From assembly GCF_009914755.1 (NCBI RefSeq), contig NC_060938.1: DNA of 64,000 nt. The stretch is one strand, 5' to 3'. This stretch comes from the human T2T-CHM13v2.0 reference genome, Homo sapiens. Below, piece by piece: positions 1 through 15,301 of the stretch. Each line of letters begins with the position of its first letter. Positions within the stretch are counted from its first letter, which is position 1. Made by a program: the position numbers and the translations under genes. The notes below the pieces were generated by a model, which was not told where the DNA came from, ran no database searches, and saw only the letters and a list, made by a program, of their open reading frames with translations.

Positions 1-3000
1 GAGGGCCCCCTGCCCTTGGAGGCTAATGCTCCAAGCTCCCACTCTTATAGCCTGGGCAGGCCCCACAAGCTCAGCACTAGGAAGAGGGGAGTCAAAGATC
101 ATGGGTCTGTCACCCAAGGGCAAGACAGGCCCAAACTGAGTCTCCAGGCGAGTCAGTTCTCTGAGCTGTCTTAGGACAAAGTCTAAACTCCCTGCCCTGT
201 CCACAAGTCCCTGCAGACCTTGGCTCCTGCCACCTCTCTCGACAGTCTGTGCTTGAGCCAGGGCCTCCAACGTGTTCTTCTCGCTTTGCTTCCAGGTCTT
301 TGGCCAGGCTGTACCCCTTCCTAGGACACCTTCTCACTCTTTTCATCAGGCCAGGTCCTATTAATCCTTCAGGTTGCAGACACTGCTTCCACTGGGAAAC
401 CTGACCCCAGAGCTGAGACAGGAGCTGAACTACAAGCCCCTATAACACACTGTATATGGCACACTAAATCCCAGGTGCCTGCTTTGTCATCCCCAGCAGA
501 CAGCAGGCTCCACGGGGCAGGGTTGGCAGACCGTTGTACCTTGGCACTTGGTTTGTATCTGCCTGTCAGGATGCTCATTCAAGACTGCGCCCAAGGTGAG
601 TCAGAGCCACACCTGGGCAGAGGCGACACAGCCCGCATTCCTGCCCTGGGCTCCTGCCTGCTCCTGACTTCTGGGCTCTCTGGTGCACATGAGAGCTCCT
701 CAAGATGCTGGGATGAAGTGAAAAGGCCCAGCCCGGGATCCCACCCTACCCCTGGCCCCAGGCCCTCTACACCTATGTGGAACACAAGTCCTTCTCCCTG
801 CTGGCCCACAAGCCACCTGCCCTTGACTGTCACCTGCTGCCCCACAACACATGCAGGCCAACTGGAAAAGTGCCAGCTCCACTGTTGCCCTCCACCCCAC
901 TTTTCTAGGCTTCTACCCCCACCTAGACAGTGGCCAGGGACACAAGCCTGTGGGTCTGTTTACCTCATGCCCTGACATGGCTGGACCTCAAGACACTAAG
1001 GTCTGGCCAGGATGCCAGGGAGCCATAACAAGTCCCTGCCACCCCCACCAGAGGAGCACAGCATGGCCCAGCTGGCCCCCTCATCTGGGCTCACATCCTG
1101 AAAAGCTCTCTCAGACATTCTGGGGTCTCCAGCTATAGCCAGACTCGGTAAATGGCCTGGAACTGCCATCTTGGGCCAGCTAGAGTTGCCCAGGCCCTAG
1201 ACAAACCTTCCCTCTGGACCCCATCTGCAATGCTACATGCACCCCCACCAACTGGGACTTCACACAAAGGCCAGTGTACCCCATTTCTGCAAGCCACTGG
1301 ACACATAAGCACTATTCTCAAGGGGTTTGCAAACAAGGAGGCTCTGATACAACAGACGTGGATCTGACTCCCACAAGTGTCATTTTCCCTGGGAGCATGA
1401 GAGAGCAGGCAAGAGGCCCTATGGTCGGCCCATTCCCAATCCAGACAGTCCCTGGACCATCACTTCTCTGGACTGAACTTCAGCTCTGAAAAGCAGAGCC
1501 CAGGCCAACAGGCCAGAGAGTCACGAGTCCCAGGGGTCTCAGCCATCAAGCTGCTCAGGATCAGAAGCTTGGCCAGGGTTCAAGCTGCCTGAAGTTTGAG
1601 CTTACACAGTAAAAATGCCAACCACTGAGATGCTTTTAAAGGGATGTGTAAGAGAGGAATCCTTTCAGGGCTTATGAGGCACTCTCAGGGCTCCGTCCAG
1701 TCTTCTACCTTGATTGCCTCCCTCCCCCATAGCCCCACAAATGCCCACAGGGTGTCCATGGGAAGCTGGGATAGCCAGGTTTGTTTTGCCAGGGGTGGGG
1801 GAGGTGGGGGCTGCTAATGCAGAGAGAAAACAGTCATGAGCAAAGCCAGAAAAGGATTAAGCCTCCAGGCTCAGCTTTTGCCTGCACTGAAGGGACTGCC
1901 TGCCTTCCTCCTAGGCAAAGGCCACGAAGAGTCACAGGCAGCCCTGGAAAACCCATTCCAACAGGACCCAGGGATCCCAGCAGGAGTAGGGTAGAAGCAG
2001 GCAGGTTTAGGCTTCCTCCGCAGGAGACTCAGCAGATGTTCCTGAGGCCCTCTGGTGAGGGCCTCCTGGGACCGCTGGGGTCCTTGCTCTGTCTCCTCAA
2101 AACAGTCTCTATGCCCTATACAGCTCCCACCACTGGAGGCTGCTGCACTACCTCCCTTCCCTTCTGGAAAGGCCTGGCTCCCCAGCAGGGCTAGAGCAGG
2201 GCTCTCTGAAGTCTGTGCCTGAGCACCCCAGTGCCAGACTCTGCCCTGGGCCAAAGATACAGATGAGGCCACTCACAGGGGCCTCCCTTGCCATTGCCTT
2301 GCCCTGCCCACTCCCCCACCACACACCCTCCCTGCTGCAGCTCTGCAGGTGGGCCTGCTGACCCTTCATCTGCTCCACAAGCATTTGCTGAGCACTTGCT
2401 GCAAGCCAGGCTCTGGGAGACACAGGAGACACAGAGCTTCCAGGCCGGTGGGGAGACAGAGAAACAGAAACACACGCTAATTATAATGCAAGGAAGCCCG
2501 TGCAGGGACTAGGGGTAAGTGACCCCTGGGGACAGGCAACCCCTGGGGGAGCTCCCTGACTTTGAGCCTCCCCTAGAGCTGTTCCTTCTGCCTGGAAGCC
2601 CTGCCTCCACTCTCACAATCTGCTTTCCCTCAAGGCCTACCTCCTCCAGCTGGCCCTCCAGCACATATTGTTGTCACCCATTCTGAATCTTCATGCTCTT
2701 ATACCACTATCCAATAATGCTTCTTCAATTCCCTTCTGTTCCTGCACAGAGCCTGGGAGCAGCAGGGCCTGGAGACAACATGATCCAAGACGGAGGGCAG
2801 TGGACTGTTTGTCAGGTAACCAACCAGATGTCTGGTCCAGGAGCCGCCACTCACTGGTTCCTGCCTTTGAGGAGCTTAAGAGCCTGGGGTGGGAAGAGAC
2901 CTGTATCCAGGGACCAAAGAAACACCTTTGTAAAAAGCAAGTGCCACCAGGACTAGCTGCATGCCGAATATGCGAGAGTACTGCTTATCTGCATAACCAC

Positions 3001-3813
3001 TTATTTCCAACTGAGAAACGAGAAAGGCTGGCTCTGAAAGTAACTTGTCCCAGTTCACAGAACTCATGACTGAGGAGTCAAGATTCAAATCTAAGCCTCC
3101 TGACCCCAAACCAGGTCTCTCTCTGTCACTGTGTCAATACCCGTCTGTGTGGATGTCAAGCAGTGGTTCTTAAACCTCAGTGTGTGCAATAAAACCCACC
3201 CTGAGAGACTAGTTCATGGGTCTGGTGGGGTGGGGGTCGGGGGTGGGAAGAGCACGATGGGGAATCTAGGATGCTTCACAAGCAGCCAGGTGGTGCCCAT
3301 GCACTGGAGCAGGGGAAGGGCTAAAGGGCCACAGCCTGGCATAGTGAAGTTTCCCAGGACCCACCACTCCCCATTCCCCAAAGGCACTACCTGTCAGAGT
3401 GCTATGGCCTGCCCAGGAGACATGAGGGGTCGCACAGAGCCCTGAGGGGACTCTGCTCTCAGCCAGTCCTAGGGTTAACTGTGGCTCTTACCACGCCTGG
3501 GACCCAATTGAGTGCCCATGTTTACTGAGCACTTACTATTTGCCAGGCACTGTGCTAAGTCCATTGCAGGCAGCATTTTGTTTAACCCTTACTGTTCTGT
3601 GTCTCGTTATTTACAGACCAGGAATGGTATACTCAAAAATATCTATTTAACATAAAGGAAGACAGTAATAGAAGAACAAAAGAATAAAAAAGACATAAGA
3701 CATACAGAAATCAAATCACAAAATGGCAGCATAAATCCTACCTTATCCATAATTACTTTAAATGTGAATGGATTAAATATCTAAAAGGCAGAGGTTGGCA
3801 GAATGGACTTTTA

Positions 3814-4149
<336 letters not shown>

Positions 4150-4167
4150 CTAATATCAGACAAAATA

Positions 4168-4342
<175 letters not shown>

Positions 4343-4793
4343 TTAAGACAAAAACTGTTATTATAGACAAAGAATATTTTATAATGAACAAAGTGTCCGT
4401 CCCTCAGGAGGCTATACCAGTTATAGACATGCATGTACCTAACAACAGAGCCCCAAAATACATGAAGCAAAAACTGTCAGAATTGAAAGGAAAAAATGAA
4501 CAACTCAAATAACAGTAGGAAACTTCAATACTCTACTTTTTTTCATGTTATTTTATACATACACATGAGAGAGAGAAAACACTCTACTTTCAACAACGAA
4601 CAGTACGACTAAATAGAAGATCGACAAGGAAATAGAAGATTTAGACACTATAAACCAATTAGACCTGGAAGACCTATATAGAACACTCCACCTAACAACA
4701 GCAAAATACACACAAATACACACTCTTCTCAAGAGCACACAGATACTGCAGCTGTAGGTGAACTGTTTTTTTGTTTCTTTTTAAAAAAGAGCA

Positions 4794-5090
4794 GGCCCGG
4801 CACAGTGGTGCCTGTAATCCCAAAATTTTGGGAGGCCAAGGCCAGGAGGATCACTTGAGCCCAGGAGCTCAAGACCAGCCTGGGCAACAAAACGAGACCG
4901 TGTCTCTACAAAAAAAAAAAAAAAAAAAATTAGCTGCGTGTGGTGGCCACTATAGTCCCAGCTACTCAGGAAGCTGAGGCAGGAGGATTGCTCGGGCCCA
5001 GGAGGTTGAGGCTGCAGTAAGCCGTGTTCATGCCTCTGCAATCCAGCGTGCATGAAAGACCAAGATCCAGTCTCAGAAAAAATAAAAAAT
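4794..5090 (+). mobile_element. Alu (AluJ-like)
   Basis: Diverged dimeric Alu with A-rich linker and tail. Confidence 0.88.
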
Positions 5091-6531
5091 ACATACTTTT
5101 TTATATATTATATAATATAATATATATATAAAATATATATATGTATATTTATAGCACAAGGAACACTCTCTACAATAGATCATCATTAGGCCATAAGACA
5201 AGTCTCAACAAATTTAAAGGGACTGAAATCACTCAAAGTATGTTCTCCAATCAAAACGGGTTGAAATTGGAAATCAATAACCGAAGGAAATTTGGGAAAC
5301 TTACAGGAAACGAAGGTTAAAAGTAACTTGCCAAGTTCTCTCAGCTCAGAAAGGCCCCTCCCTCCTCAGCCCATGTTCTCCACACCTTCGGTGTCACAGT
5401 CCTAGGCAGCCGCAGAGCTCAGACTTGCAAAGGCCTGGGTATCCCCTCTCCCAGACACACATTGAACCTGACCCCAAGCTTGATCCCGACATCAAAACAA
5501 CTAGGGGATGGAGAGGCCTTTGGGATTGCAACAGCTTGTCAGGCAGCCCTGCTTTTCCCTAGGAAAAATGGCCACAGGCAAATATTTCCACTTCCATGGC
5601 CAATCTACAAAATATCCAAAAGACAGATCCTTCCCAAAAGAAGGGAGCTAACGAGTACTTCGCTGGGCTGGGTCCTCTACAAATTCGAATCCATGCTTAT
5701 AAACCTCCTATGGAGGAGTCTTATGTCCTCATTCTCCAGAGGGAAGTTGAGGCTCTGCTGTTACAGAGCCAGAAGCAAGATTCAAATCTTTATCTTGTGT
5801 CTTCCAAGTCCTTGCTCTTTCCACCACCCTCCCAGAAAAATCTGAAATCTACACCGGTGGGCCTCAGAAGGAATGCTACACTTGAGAACTTCACAAAGCC
5901 AGCTCCGGAGCTGCTGCTCTTCCCTGGGGGCATTTCCAAGCACAGCATGGTCTATTAACACTCCTCTTAAGAAATTATCCTAGCCCCAGTCAGCCAGAAA
6001 CAGTTTCCCCTCCAGACTGGGGGTATCTGTAAAAGCCCCTGGAAGCCAAGAGAGCCCAAAGGGTGTTGAGGTATGGGGGACTGCAGAGGTGAGCTGGAGG
6101 CTGCAGGCTCAGCACCATCTCACTCTGGAATAAAAGCCTCCATGCCACATGGAGAAAGGTGGCTTGGGCCTCTCTTCAGAGCCAACTGGCAAAGCAGGGC
6201 CCAGCTGGGAAAGCTGAACAGATTCCAAATATCAAGGGATGTCAATGTTTACCTACTCCAATTCCTCGTTCCACAGAGCAGTCCAGAGAAGGAAATAAAC
6301 TCGTCCGAGGACACACAGCCAGGAGCAAAATCAAGGACTCCAATAACAATGCTTCATGCCTCCATTTAGGCAGGCCCCACCACTTGGCAAGACACTGGGC
6401 AAAGCATGGAGCCAAGGTTTATCCCAACATCACACAAACAAGGCTTCATCAATACCTCCAAAATTTCCATTGAAGGTGCTACTATGTGCCAGGCATGGTG
6501 CTAAGCACACTACACACATTATCCTGTGTAA

Positions 6532-6696
<165 letters not shown>

Positions 6697-7151
6697 TAGG
6701 TATTATTACTCCTCCTTTCTAAACAAGAAATCTGAGAAGACCTTAGGTCAAATCACTTGCCTAAGGTCACAGCAGTATAGAGGCAAAGCCAGGACTGGCA
6801 CCTAGGCCTGCCTGTTCTGCAAACTTCCTCCCCCAAGAGTTTCAGACTTGGAGGTCACACCAGGCTGCCTGGGATAGACAGCAGCAGCCTCTGGGTTGCT
6901 CACGTCTGCTCCCTGGAGAGCAGCTTCAGCCCCTGAAAACCACCATGATGTTCTGAGATGTGGCTGGTCGGGTAAAGTGGGTGGGAGAGGCCGGGCAGGT
7001 GAGTGGCTTTGAAGGTGAAGAGGCTACAGGTGATTACCTCCAGTGGGCCAACCTGTGGAGGGCTCGGCATCTTTGCCTAAGAGGAAGTCACACCCCTTCC
7101 ACACCCTCCAACCCCACAACTGAGGTTAGCCAACAGCTCTTTAAAAATAAA

Positions 7152-7501
<350 letters not shown>

Positions 7502-10500
7502 CTAGGCTCCTGTCCCTTCTCCTGGCACCCTGAGCTCTGGGTCAAATCAGGTCTCTGCTTGGGTTCCCCCACTCAGGACACTGAGCATTAGCCCCCAGCC
7601 ACAGCCACCCATATCTCCACATGGTGCTCTCAGAGTGTTGCTTCTCCCAATAACTTAACTTCCTAAATAAAATATATTCATCGCACATCCCGAGTAGAGG
7701 AGACAGAGGTGCCCACTCACTCCAAAGATCATTTGTCCAAACCTCAATTTCATGGCTCATAGAACCAAGACCTCAAAGGTAAAATGACCTGCCTAAGGAC
7801 ACATGGCTGACTACCTGAGCAGAGCTATAGTGACGGCCTCCCAGGTAGATGTTCTCACACTTAGCACCCCTAGACCTGGCATTGCCAGGTCCTTGACATT
7901 CGTCTGGGGGAGGTAAAGCAGGGGGTGTAGCATGTGTGTCAAGCCTACCAAGTCTTCATCAACCCAGGCTCTCCTGACTGGTCAGGGCTGGAAAGGGCCA
8001 AGACCCACCTGGTGCTTGGGGGTTGGATGGGTCGGTGTCTGGCAGTGTAGTGTGAGAGTAAAGAACGGGGGCAATATGGCTCCCTAGTACATGCTAGCGA
8101 CCAGGAAGCAAAAAAATTTGCCACCAGCAGAGGGAGGGGAGTCTCAGTGTGGCTGCCTGGGGCCTCCTAGAAGGGCTGCAAACTGGGCACAGACAGACGC
8201 CCATTTGACTCCAGAGCCATCACATCAGCCTCACGCCCTTCCTCAGGCCCTGGTCAAGATGCAAGACTTTTGCCAAAGGCTCACACATTCTTTGCATTTC
8301 TCCAGTCTCTGAGCAGCTGCTGCAGGGCCTTTTCTCCTATGTTGATTTATTCTTTATTGTTCCTGAAATACACCCAGAGGCCTTTGGCACAGCATGCGGG
8401 CACAGCAGAGCATCCAGCCCAAGCCCCAAGTACACACCAACCAGACTCTCTGGGACCTGGGCCAAGCCAGCTGGAATGATGGGCCCCAGGTCAGACCCAG
8501 CAGCCAAGAAGGGAGACCAAAGATTCCACCTAGCCCCAGCCTTTGATTCCCCAGAGCTGTTCTCAGTACCTCAGAGGCTGGGATACCTTTAAGGGGGAGG
8601 ACACACTTGGGAGGTCCCCAGGAAGCCCACACTAAGCTGAAACCAAGCCTTTCCCCTCTTCCTGTGCATGTGCCTGGCCGAGCAGTCCCCAGGCCCACAG
8701 CTGAGTCCTCCACAGAAGGGCCTCAGGGCTCAAGGCTGGGCTCCTGGCTGCCCTGTGAAGCATCTGGAGAGGGAGGCAGCAGGGAGGTCTTCCCCACCCT
8801 TCCCAGCCCAAGATATCTCCCCTACCAGCCAGTCTAATGGTGCCTGAATTCCTACTATCAGCACTTCATACCAAGGATCAAAGCATTGTTCCTTGTGCAC
8901 ATGAAAATAGCCGGAGGAAGTGTGGGAGCTGCAGGGTAAAAGTAGTCAGGGGCAATGTGTGCTGGCTTCTCCAATCACCAGCCTCTGTGAGCCTGGGGTT
9001 CCCTATTGGTGAATGGGCACAACAGTTTCATCTCAGTTATTGTGGGATTCAATGAGGTAATACATAGATGAAGCGCCGCCTGGCACAGGGTACGCACTCA
9101 ATAAATGTGTTTCCTGTCTCCCTTGCTGGGTAGGGGTGGCTCAGACATCGTTATCAGTCTTTAACACCTTGGAGGAAATGAATAGTCCAACTCTTCCAGT
9201 TCCACAGCTGGCTGAGAGCAAGGCTGGCCAGGCAAGGGCGGGACAGGGAGACTCAAAGTCCTAGCAACAGTGTGGGGCTCTGCAGGCACGCAGAGCTTCC
9301 GGCCTACAGACCCAGGAGAGAGAGGTCTGGCCAGAAAGTCCAGAGGGCACCCAGCACAGGCCTCCTTTAAACTCAGCTATGCCAGCAGGGCCTGCCTACA
9401 GGGATACAGGGGGATGAGGGTATTTCCCAGATAATACCGGCAGAGCTTCCAGGCCCAAAGGATGAGCCGCCACCTCCTGGATTCACTCTAAGAAGAGCAA
9501 TAAAGGGGAAGGTGCGATGGCCAGAGGGAGGCTGAGGAAGGGCTGCAGGAAGTAGAAGGGACTCCAGTGTGGCAGAGACACAGGGCCTACAGAAAGCAAG
9601 CAAGCCTGCCCAGAGGCCACCACAGTAAATGTCCCACAAGTGGAAGTGCCCGCCTGGTTATTTTTGGCGCCTCTTCTGCCCAAAGCCAGTAAGGAAAGGC
9701 AGCTGCTAGCAACACAGAAGGGCTGTTTACACTCAAGTGTGCAAGCACTGCAACAGGGACAGAAAGCACAACTAGCAGCCACCATGCAGATGGGCCTCTG
9801 CCCCGTTTTTCCCCTCCCAACTGTCCCCCGTTGTGTGCTGCACAGCTGACACAGTGTGGGTACTTCTGCTTTCACTCAGATCCAGCCTCCCAACCACAGG
9901 ACTCACTCACGCACATGCAAACAAATAAATAACTATGGAGCCAGCTGAGGACTGAGCCACACCCAGGAGCCAAGACAGTATTCCTTTGGATTCTTCCTGC
10001 GCTCAAGCTGCCCTCCCAGCTTCCAAACTGGGAGAAGCAGCCACCAGGCGCAGGACACAGGAGCAGTCCCTTTCCACCCTCCCAAAGTGAAAGTGGAGAC
10101 AGTCTTTACAACCTCAAGCATCTCACCACCTCTCGGCTTCCCCATTTGAAAATGAAGGATTCGGACTAGATGTCCCAAATGGTTTCCCAGCTCTGGAATT
10201 AGGACTATGACCCAAGACCAGCTGGGGCCTCAGACAGAGGAAGGCCAGGAGGGGAGGAGGATCTGTGCCAGGAACTGCCAGCTCACATGCCGTCTCGGGG
10301 TTGCAAGTTATCACTTAAGCCCATTTCTGAGCTATGGGGGCCTTACCTACTAAAGAAATGGCAAGTTCTGGCAACGGTAAGTTGGATAGGGTCCTCTGTC
10401 TGCCCAACTACTGGGAAAAGCAGGGAATCAAAATCTCTCACCATTTTCCTTCTTGTCTGGATTCCAATTCCCCAGAGAAGCTGAGCGGCTTTAGAGAGAA

Positions 10501-11804
10501 GCCCCTTCTGGCCAGCTACAAGCCTACTGTAGCTCACTCTCTCCATCCAAGCTTTAACTGGGATAAACCTTGCCCTGTGCTTTCCCCACTCTCCTTCCTT
10601 CCCAGGACTCCTGAAGGAAGAAGCACTGCCTGGAAAAAATGCTCTCACCACGAAAGCTCCCTGCGGCTGGGAGAAAGGCAGAGGGAACAGGGAGCACCTT
10701 CCCTGGCTGGCCACAGCACGAGGCTGTGTTCCAGGAAGAGCAACAGCAAGGGCGGCTGCCAGGGAAGCCTCAGCCCCAAGCCCCGGCTCTTCCCCACCAG
10801 CTCTTCCCCACCAGCCGAGAATGACAGCCAGCAACTGCAGCCCTCAGGGAGACCCCCAGCCCCACCCCAGCACAACTCCGGCTCTCCTCTGACAGTGGCA
10901 ACTTTCTTCTTATATAATTCTTGGTGTTTCCTTCACCGTTGCACATAATTTTAATGGGTAAAAGAGCCAAAGCAGTCTTTAAGGAAAAACTCCCACCCTT
11001 GGCTCTACCCAAACCTCCTGCGAGGTCACACTGCGAGGCTTCAGGTGAAGCAAACAGGGGACTTTTTTTCCTTGGCTGAGAAAGCAGCCTTCCTCCTGCC
11101 CACCCACGTGAGCAGCTCAGCCTGGGGCCTGGGCGGGTAGGTTCCTGAGAGCACAATCTGATCTCTGGGAAGCTGGGCCCTCAACCCTCGGCTGCAGGGC
11201 CACAGTCCCTCTCAAAGGCACACAGACACTGGGTCTGGGCCACATGTCTAGGGTGGAGTGGATCAAGCTGTTGTTCCCAGGGCACAATAAACTTCATTTA
11301 TACAAGCTTCAGTGGCCTGGTAGATTGCTTTCCTACTATAAACAGGACACCCTTCATTTTCTCTTCCTTGATAGGAGTCAAAGGCAAACACACTGGATCC
11401 AGTGGGAACTGGTGAAATGAGAGTTGCCATCTGTTGAATACCTAGTATGTGTCATTCACTCTGCATGCATAATCCTGTCTAATCTTCACAGCCTATGAAG
11501 TACTAGTATCATCCACATTTTACAGGTGAGGCAACTGAGGCCCAAGAAGTTAAGCAATGCCCAAAGCCACACAGCAAGAGGAGATGCTGGGGTATGAACT
11601 CAGGTCTGCCCAGGCCTCATTCCCACGCACCCATCAGACTTCCTTCAGTCACTGCCCAAGTGACTGTCCACACACCATCCAGGAACGGCGTTCTGAGTGT
11701 GGAAGCAGAAGTCGGTGTGGATGAATTTTGCTGGAGGCCTCCAGAATCTGAACTGATGCTCCAACTATTATTGCTCCCAAGTGTGTGACTGCGAGAGCCC
11801 ATGT

Positions 11805-11806
<2 letters not shown>

Positions 11807-11843
<37 letters not shown>

Positions 11844-11852
11844 CGTGCGCGC
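11807..11852. repeat. (GT)n(GC)n alternating purine-pyrimidine tract
   Basis: gtgtgt...gtgtgcgcgcgcgcgtgcgcgc, 46 nt without interruption. Confidence 0.95.
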
Positions 11853-12529
11853 TGAGGTGGAGGGAGGGTGATCTGGATTCCAAATTGCAGTTTCCAACAT
11901 TAAAGTTATGCTGTAATGCTTCTGATTCATAAAATGAGCTCATAGTCTCACAGTATCCTGAATGTTGCTTCGAATGCAAATGCAGGTCCCTTAGTAAGAA
12001 TTGGGGATTTCAGCCTACTCCACCCTAGCCCCGGCCCAGCATGCAATTTTTCAGTCCCAGAGTCAAGAGTTCTCATGTGCAGAAAGAAGCAATTCCTCCA
12101 ACAGAATGCGGCCACTGGCTCTGCTTCCTGCCACCTGCAGTGAGTCAGGGAAGAATGGAGCCCCAGGCTGCTTCTGTACTGATGCATGCACGCCTGCACA
12201 CACACAGGAAGGGTGCCAATCTGGGCTGACCAAAGGAAGTGCCCAGGCTAGCAGATCCCTAGGGAGATGGCTCCACAACTCTTTCACCCTGAGGTCCCCT
12301 TAGGGTCAGGATGACCGACACATGCACTCCACAAGGCCAGCTACAGGGCAGTGCCAGGAAACTGGGTTCACCAGCCCCAGAATCACCCACGGTGGACTGA
12401 CATTTTTGAAACCAGTGATGCAATCTGAGGAGGTTCCAGGAGCAGGGACTCACTGGGCCCAACACATGACAAGTACACATTTTTTTTGATGGAGATCTTT
12501 CACTAATTTGTTCAACTAACATGCACTAA

Positions 12530-12835
<306 letters not shown>

Positions 12836-14285
12836 CTAAACACTTACTAGATGCCAAGCAGCATTGTGGGACCCATTCAAGCAGAGGCTACCAAATACTG
12901 AAATGTGCTTTAAGCATTTTACGTATACTAACTCACAGAATCCTCACAGCAACTCTATGAAGGAGATACTGTATAGGAACTCTAACTCAGAGTCTTTGTT
13001 TTTGACCACCACACTGCAGTATGTACACAAATAACTACATAAGGTGGAAATGAGTGTTCAGAAGATGGCTACAGCCTTCAGAAGTGGCATTTGAAACAGG
13101 ATTAGAAGGATAAGCTGGAAACCCCCAGCCACTTTGTGGCTGTCCCCACCCCAGCATGAGCAAAGTTTTCTTCTGGGAGACCCAAATGCAAGAGAGGGGC
13201 TCTCAACCTGAAGATTCCTGGACTGGGCCCATTCCCCTTCCCCTCTTCTGTCAGAGGTCTTGGCACCCCTGGGCAGCCTTTCTCTGGGGACTCTAGACAC
13301 AGGAGGCCCTCAGCTGAATCCACAACTGCATGTTGTCTTTTCTTGTGTTCCACTTATTGAAAGCAGCAGCACACAGGGTCAAACACTGGGGCTATTTTAA
13401 AATCCCACATGTAAAAATTAAATTCTCATCCCCATGGGCACTCCAGGGCGCTCTTTCCTGGGGCGGGGTGAGGAGCTGACAGAGTCACGGGAGTGGGGGT
13501 TCTGCTGGCACTTGGAGAGGCCACACTGGCAGTGGCTAGGCTGTTCCAGAGCAAGCTGGCAAGCTGTATGACCTGGGGGCATCCTCCAGGTTCTTCACCC
13601 CCTTGTCCCCCCGGGAGCTACACGGACCAGAGTAACCAGCCAGAGGCCAATCCAATTAGAGTGGAGACTGGACCAGGGCCATGCAACGAGATGGTTTATC
13701 ACAGTAATTGAATGTTTACGCTCCTATTATTCACTGTCCAGAGCAGTTGGAAAAGGAAGACCTACGAATTCTCAACCCGGGAAGGCTTCTCCTTTTCCCT
13801 GGGTTCTGAAGCCACTTAACACCCAAGGAAAGGGTGCATTTCTCTGATCCAAAAGGGGCGTGTGCCACACCTTTGGTGGGAGGCTCTAGAGCAAGACAGG
13901 TGGTTTCTCCCCTCAGCTGAGGCCCCCTAGGGAGGACTGGCTTCTCGGTCCACCTTCACTAGGCCTTCAGTCTCAACCCTGAAGCTACAGGAACAAGAAG
14001 ATCCCAGATCACCTGGCCAGGCTCCCCCTGCTGGAGCAAGCCAGACATCCCCTCCCTCCCCCAGCCGCAGCTGCCAACAGGGATCCCCTGCATACGCGGG
14101 CCACCGGGGCCTCCGTGGCCAGCCTCTCTTCCCCCATCCCACCGCCCCCCGCGCGAGGCTCCACAGGCTGGCACACAGGTCCCACGTGGGATGGTGGAAA
14201 CAGGAAGCAGCCACCGTAGTTGTGACCAACAAAGTTTTAAATGGGGCATATAACTTCCCCTTTCATCTTCTCACCAGCTCTCGCT

Positions 14286-14358
14286 GGAGGCTGGGCTGGG
14301 ACGGACACCCGGCCTCCACTTTCTGTGGCAGGTACCTCCTCCATGTCGGCCCGCCTTG
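14286..14358 (+). ncRNA. MIR4505: MIR4505 annotated precursor (mature AGGCUGGGCUGGGACGGA at 14288-14305), antisense to MIDEAS intron 1
   Basis: The sequence GGAGGCTGGGCTGGGACGGACACCCGGCCTCC...TCGGCCCGCCTTG matches my recall of the hsa-mir-4505 stem-loop and mature sequence. Confidence 0.88.
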
Positions 14359-15301
14359 GGGCTGAAGCCTGAAGGCCCCAGGGCACACGAAGTTCCCCTT
14401 CCTCCCCTAGACCTTTACCCAGAGGCCTTGGGGGCAACCTGACACACATGGTCCTGCATGTGCGACTTGGGAGGCGACGTGACCAGCTCCACCAAGCCGG
14501 CCATATGCAGGGCCCGGCCGAATCCCGGGTTTCGGCGCTGCCGCCAGGCACCAGGGAACACAGCTCCCCGCGAGGCACCGCGCGGGCTGGGAGGGCTGCG
14601 GCGGCGCGGGCGTGCGGGGGCGCGCGGGAGGATGACAGGTCTGAGGTGCGCCCGCCCGCGCGAAGCGCTCCAGCCTAGGCCTCTGCTGACTGCATTTGCC
14701 CCAGTTCCCCAACGCCCCTGCACCTCTGTCCCCCAAACTCCTGGCGTGGACGCCGCGTCCAGGCCCACTTTCCCGTGCACGCTGGCAGGGGAAGGGGCTC
14801 CCGCGCCAAGTTCCCTCAGCTGGCTAGCCCCTCGCCGCGCCTTCCGGGCCTGGGCTCCGTCACGTCAGCCGGTCCCCACGGACACCACGTTTCTCTCCAG
14901 CGGAGGAGGAGCAGCCGGATTCCCGAGCCGCCGCGGGCCGCCGGGTGGGGAGGGCTTTCCTGGCGGGGCCGCGCCCGGGTGGGCGGGGGCCGCGCGCAAG
15001 CTGCGTAGCTGCACAAACACCGCGGGGCTGCGCTGCACACGCAGCTGCGGGCCGAGGGCGCGGACCGCGGGGGAGGGGGCGGCGGGCTGCAGGCGGCCCC
15101 CGCACGGCCACACGCGCCCGCTCCACCGCCGCCCAGGCCGCAGAAGTTCGAGCGCAGCGGCCCCCGCGGCCCCCTCTCCGGGCCGCGCCTGCAGAGCTGC
15201 AACCCGCCGTGCGAGCAGCCACAGCTCGCGCGCCGCCTGGGGTCCCCTCGCCGGCCCCGCCGCGTGCAGGCCTCGGCCGCCGGCCAGGCAGCCCCACTTA
15301 C

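Noticed and set aside
10334-10948. 204-aa plus-strand ORF
   Set aside because: No recognisable homology or exon context, antisense within an intron, and compatible with chance.
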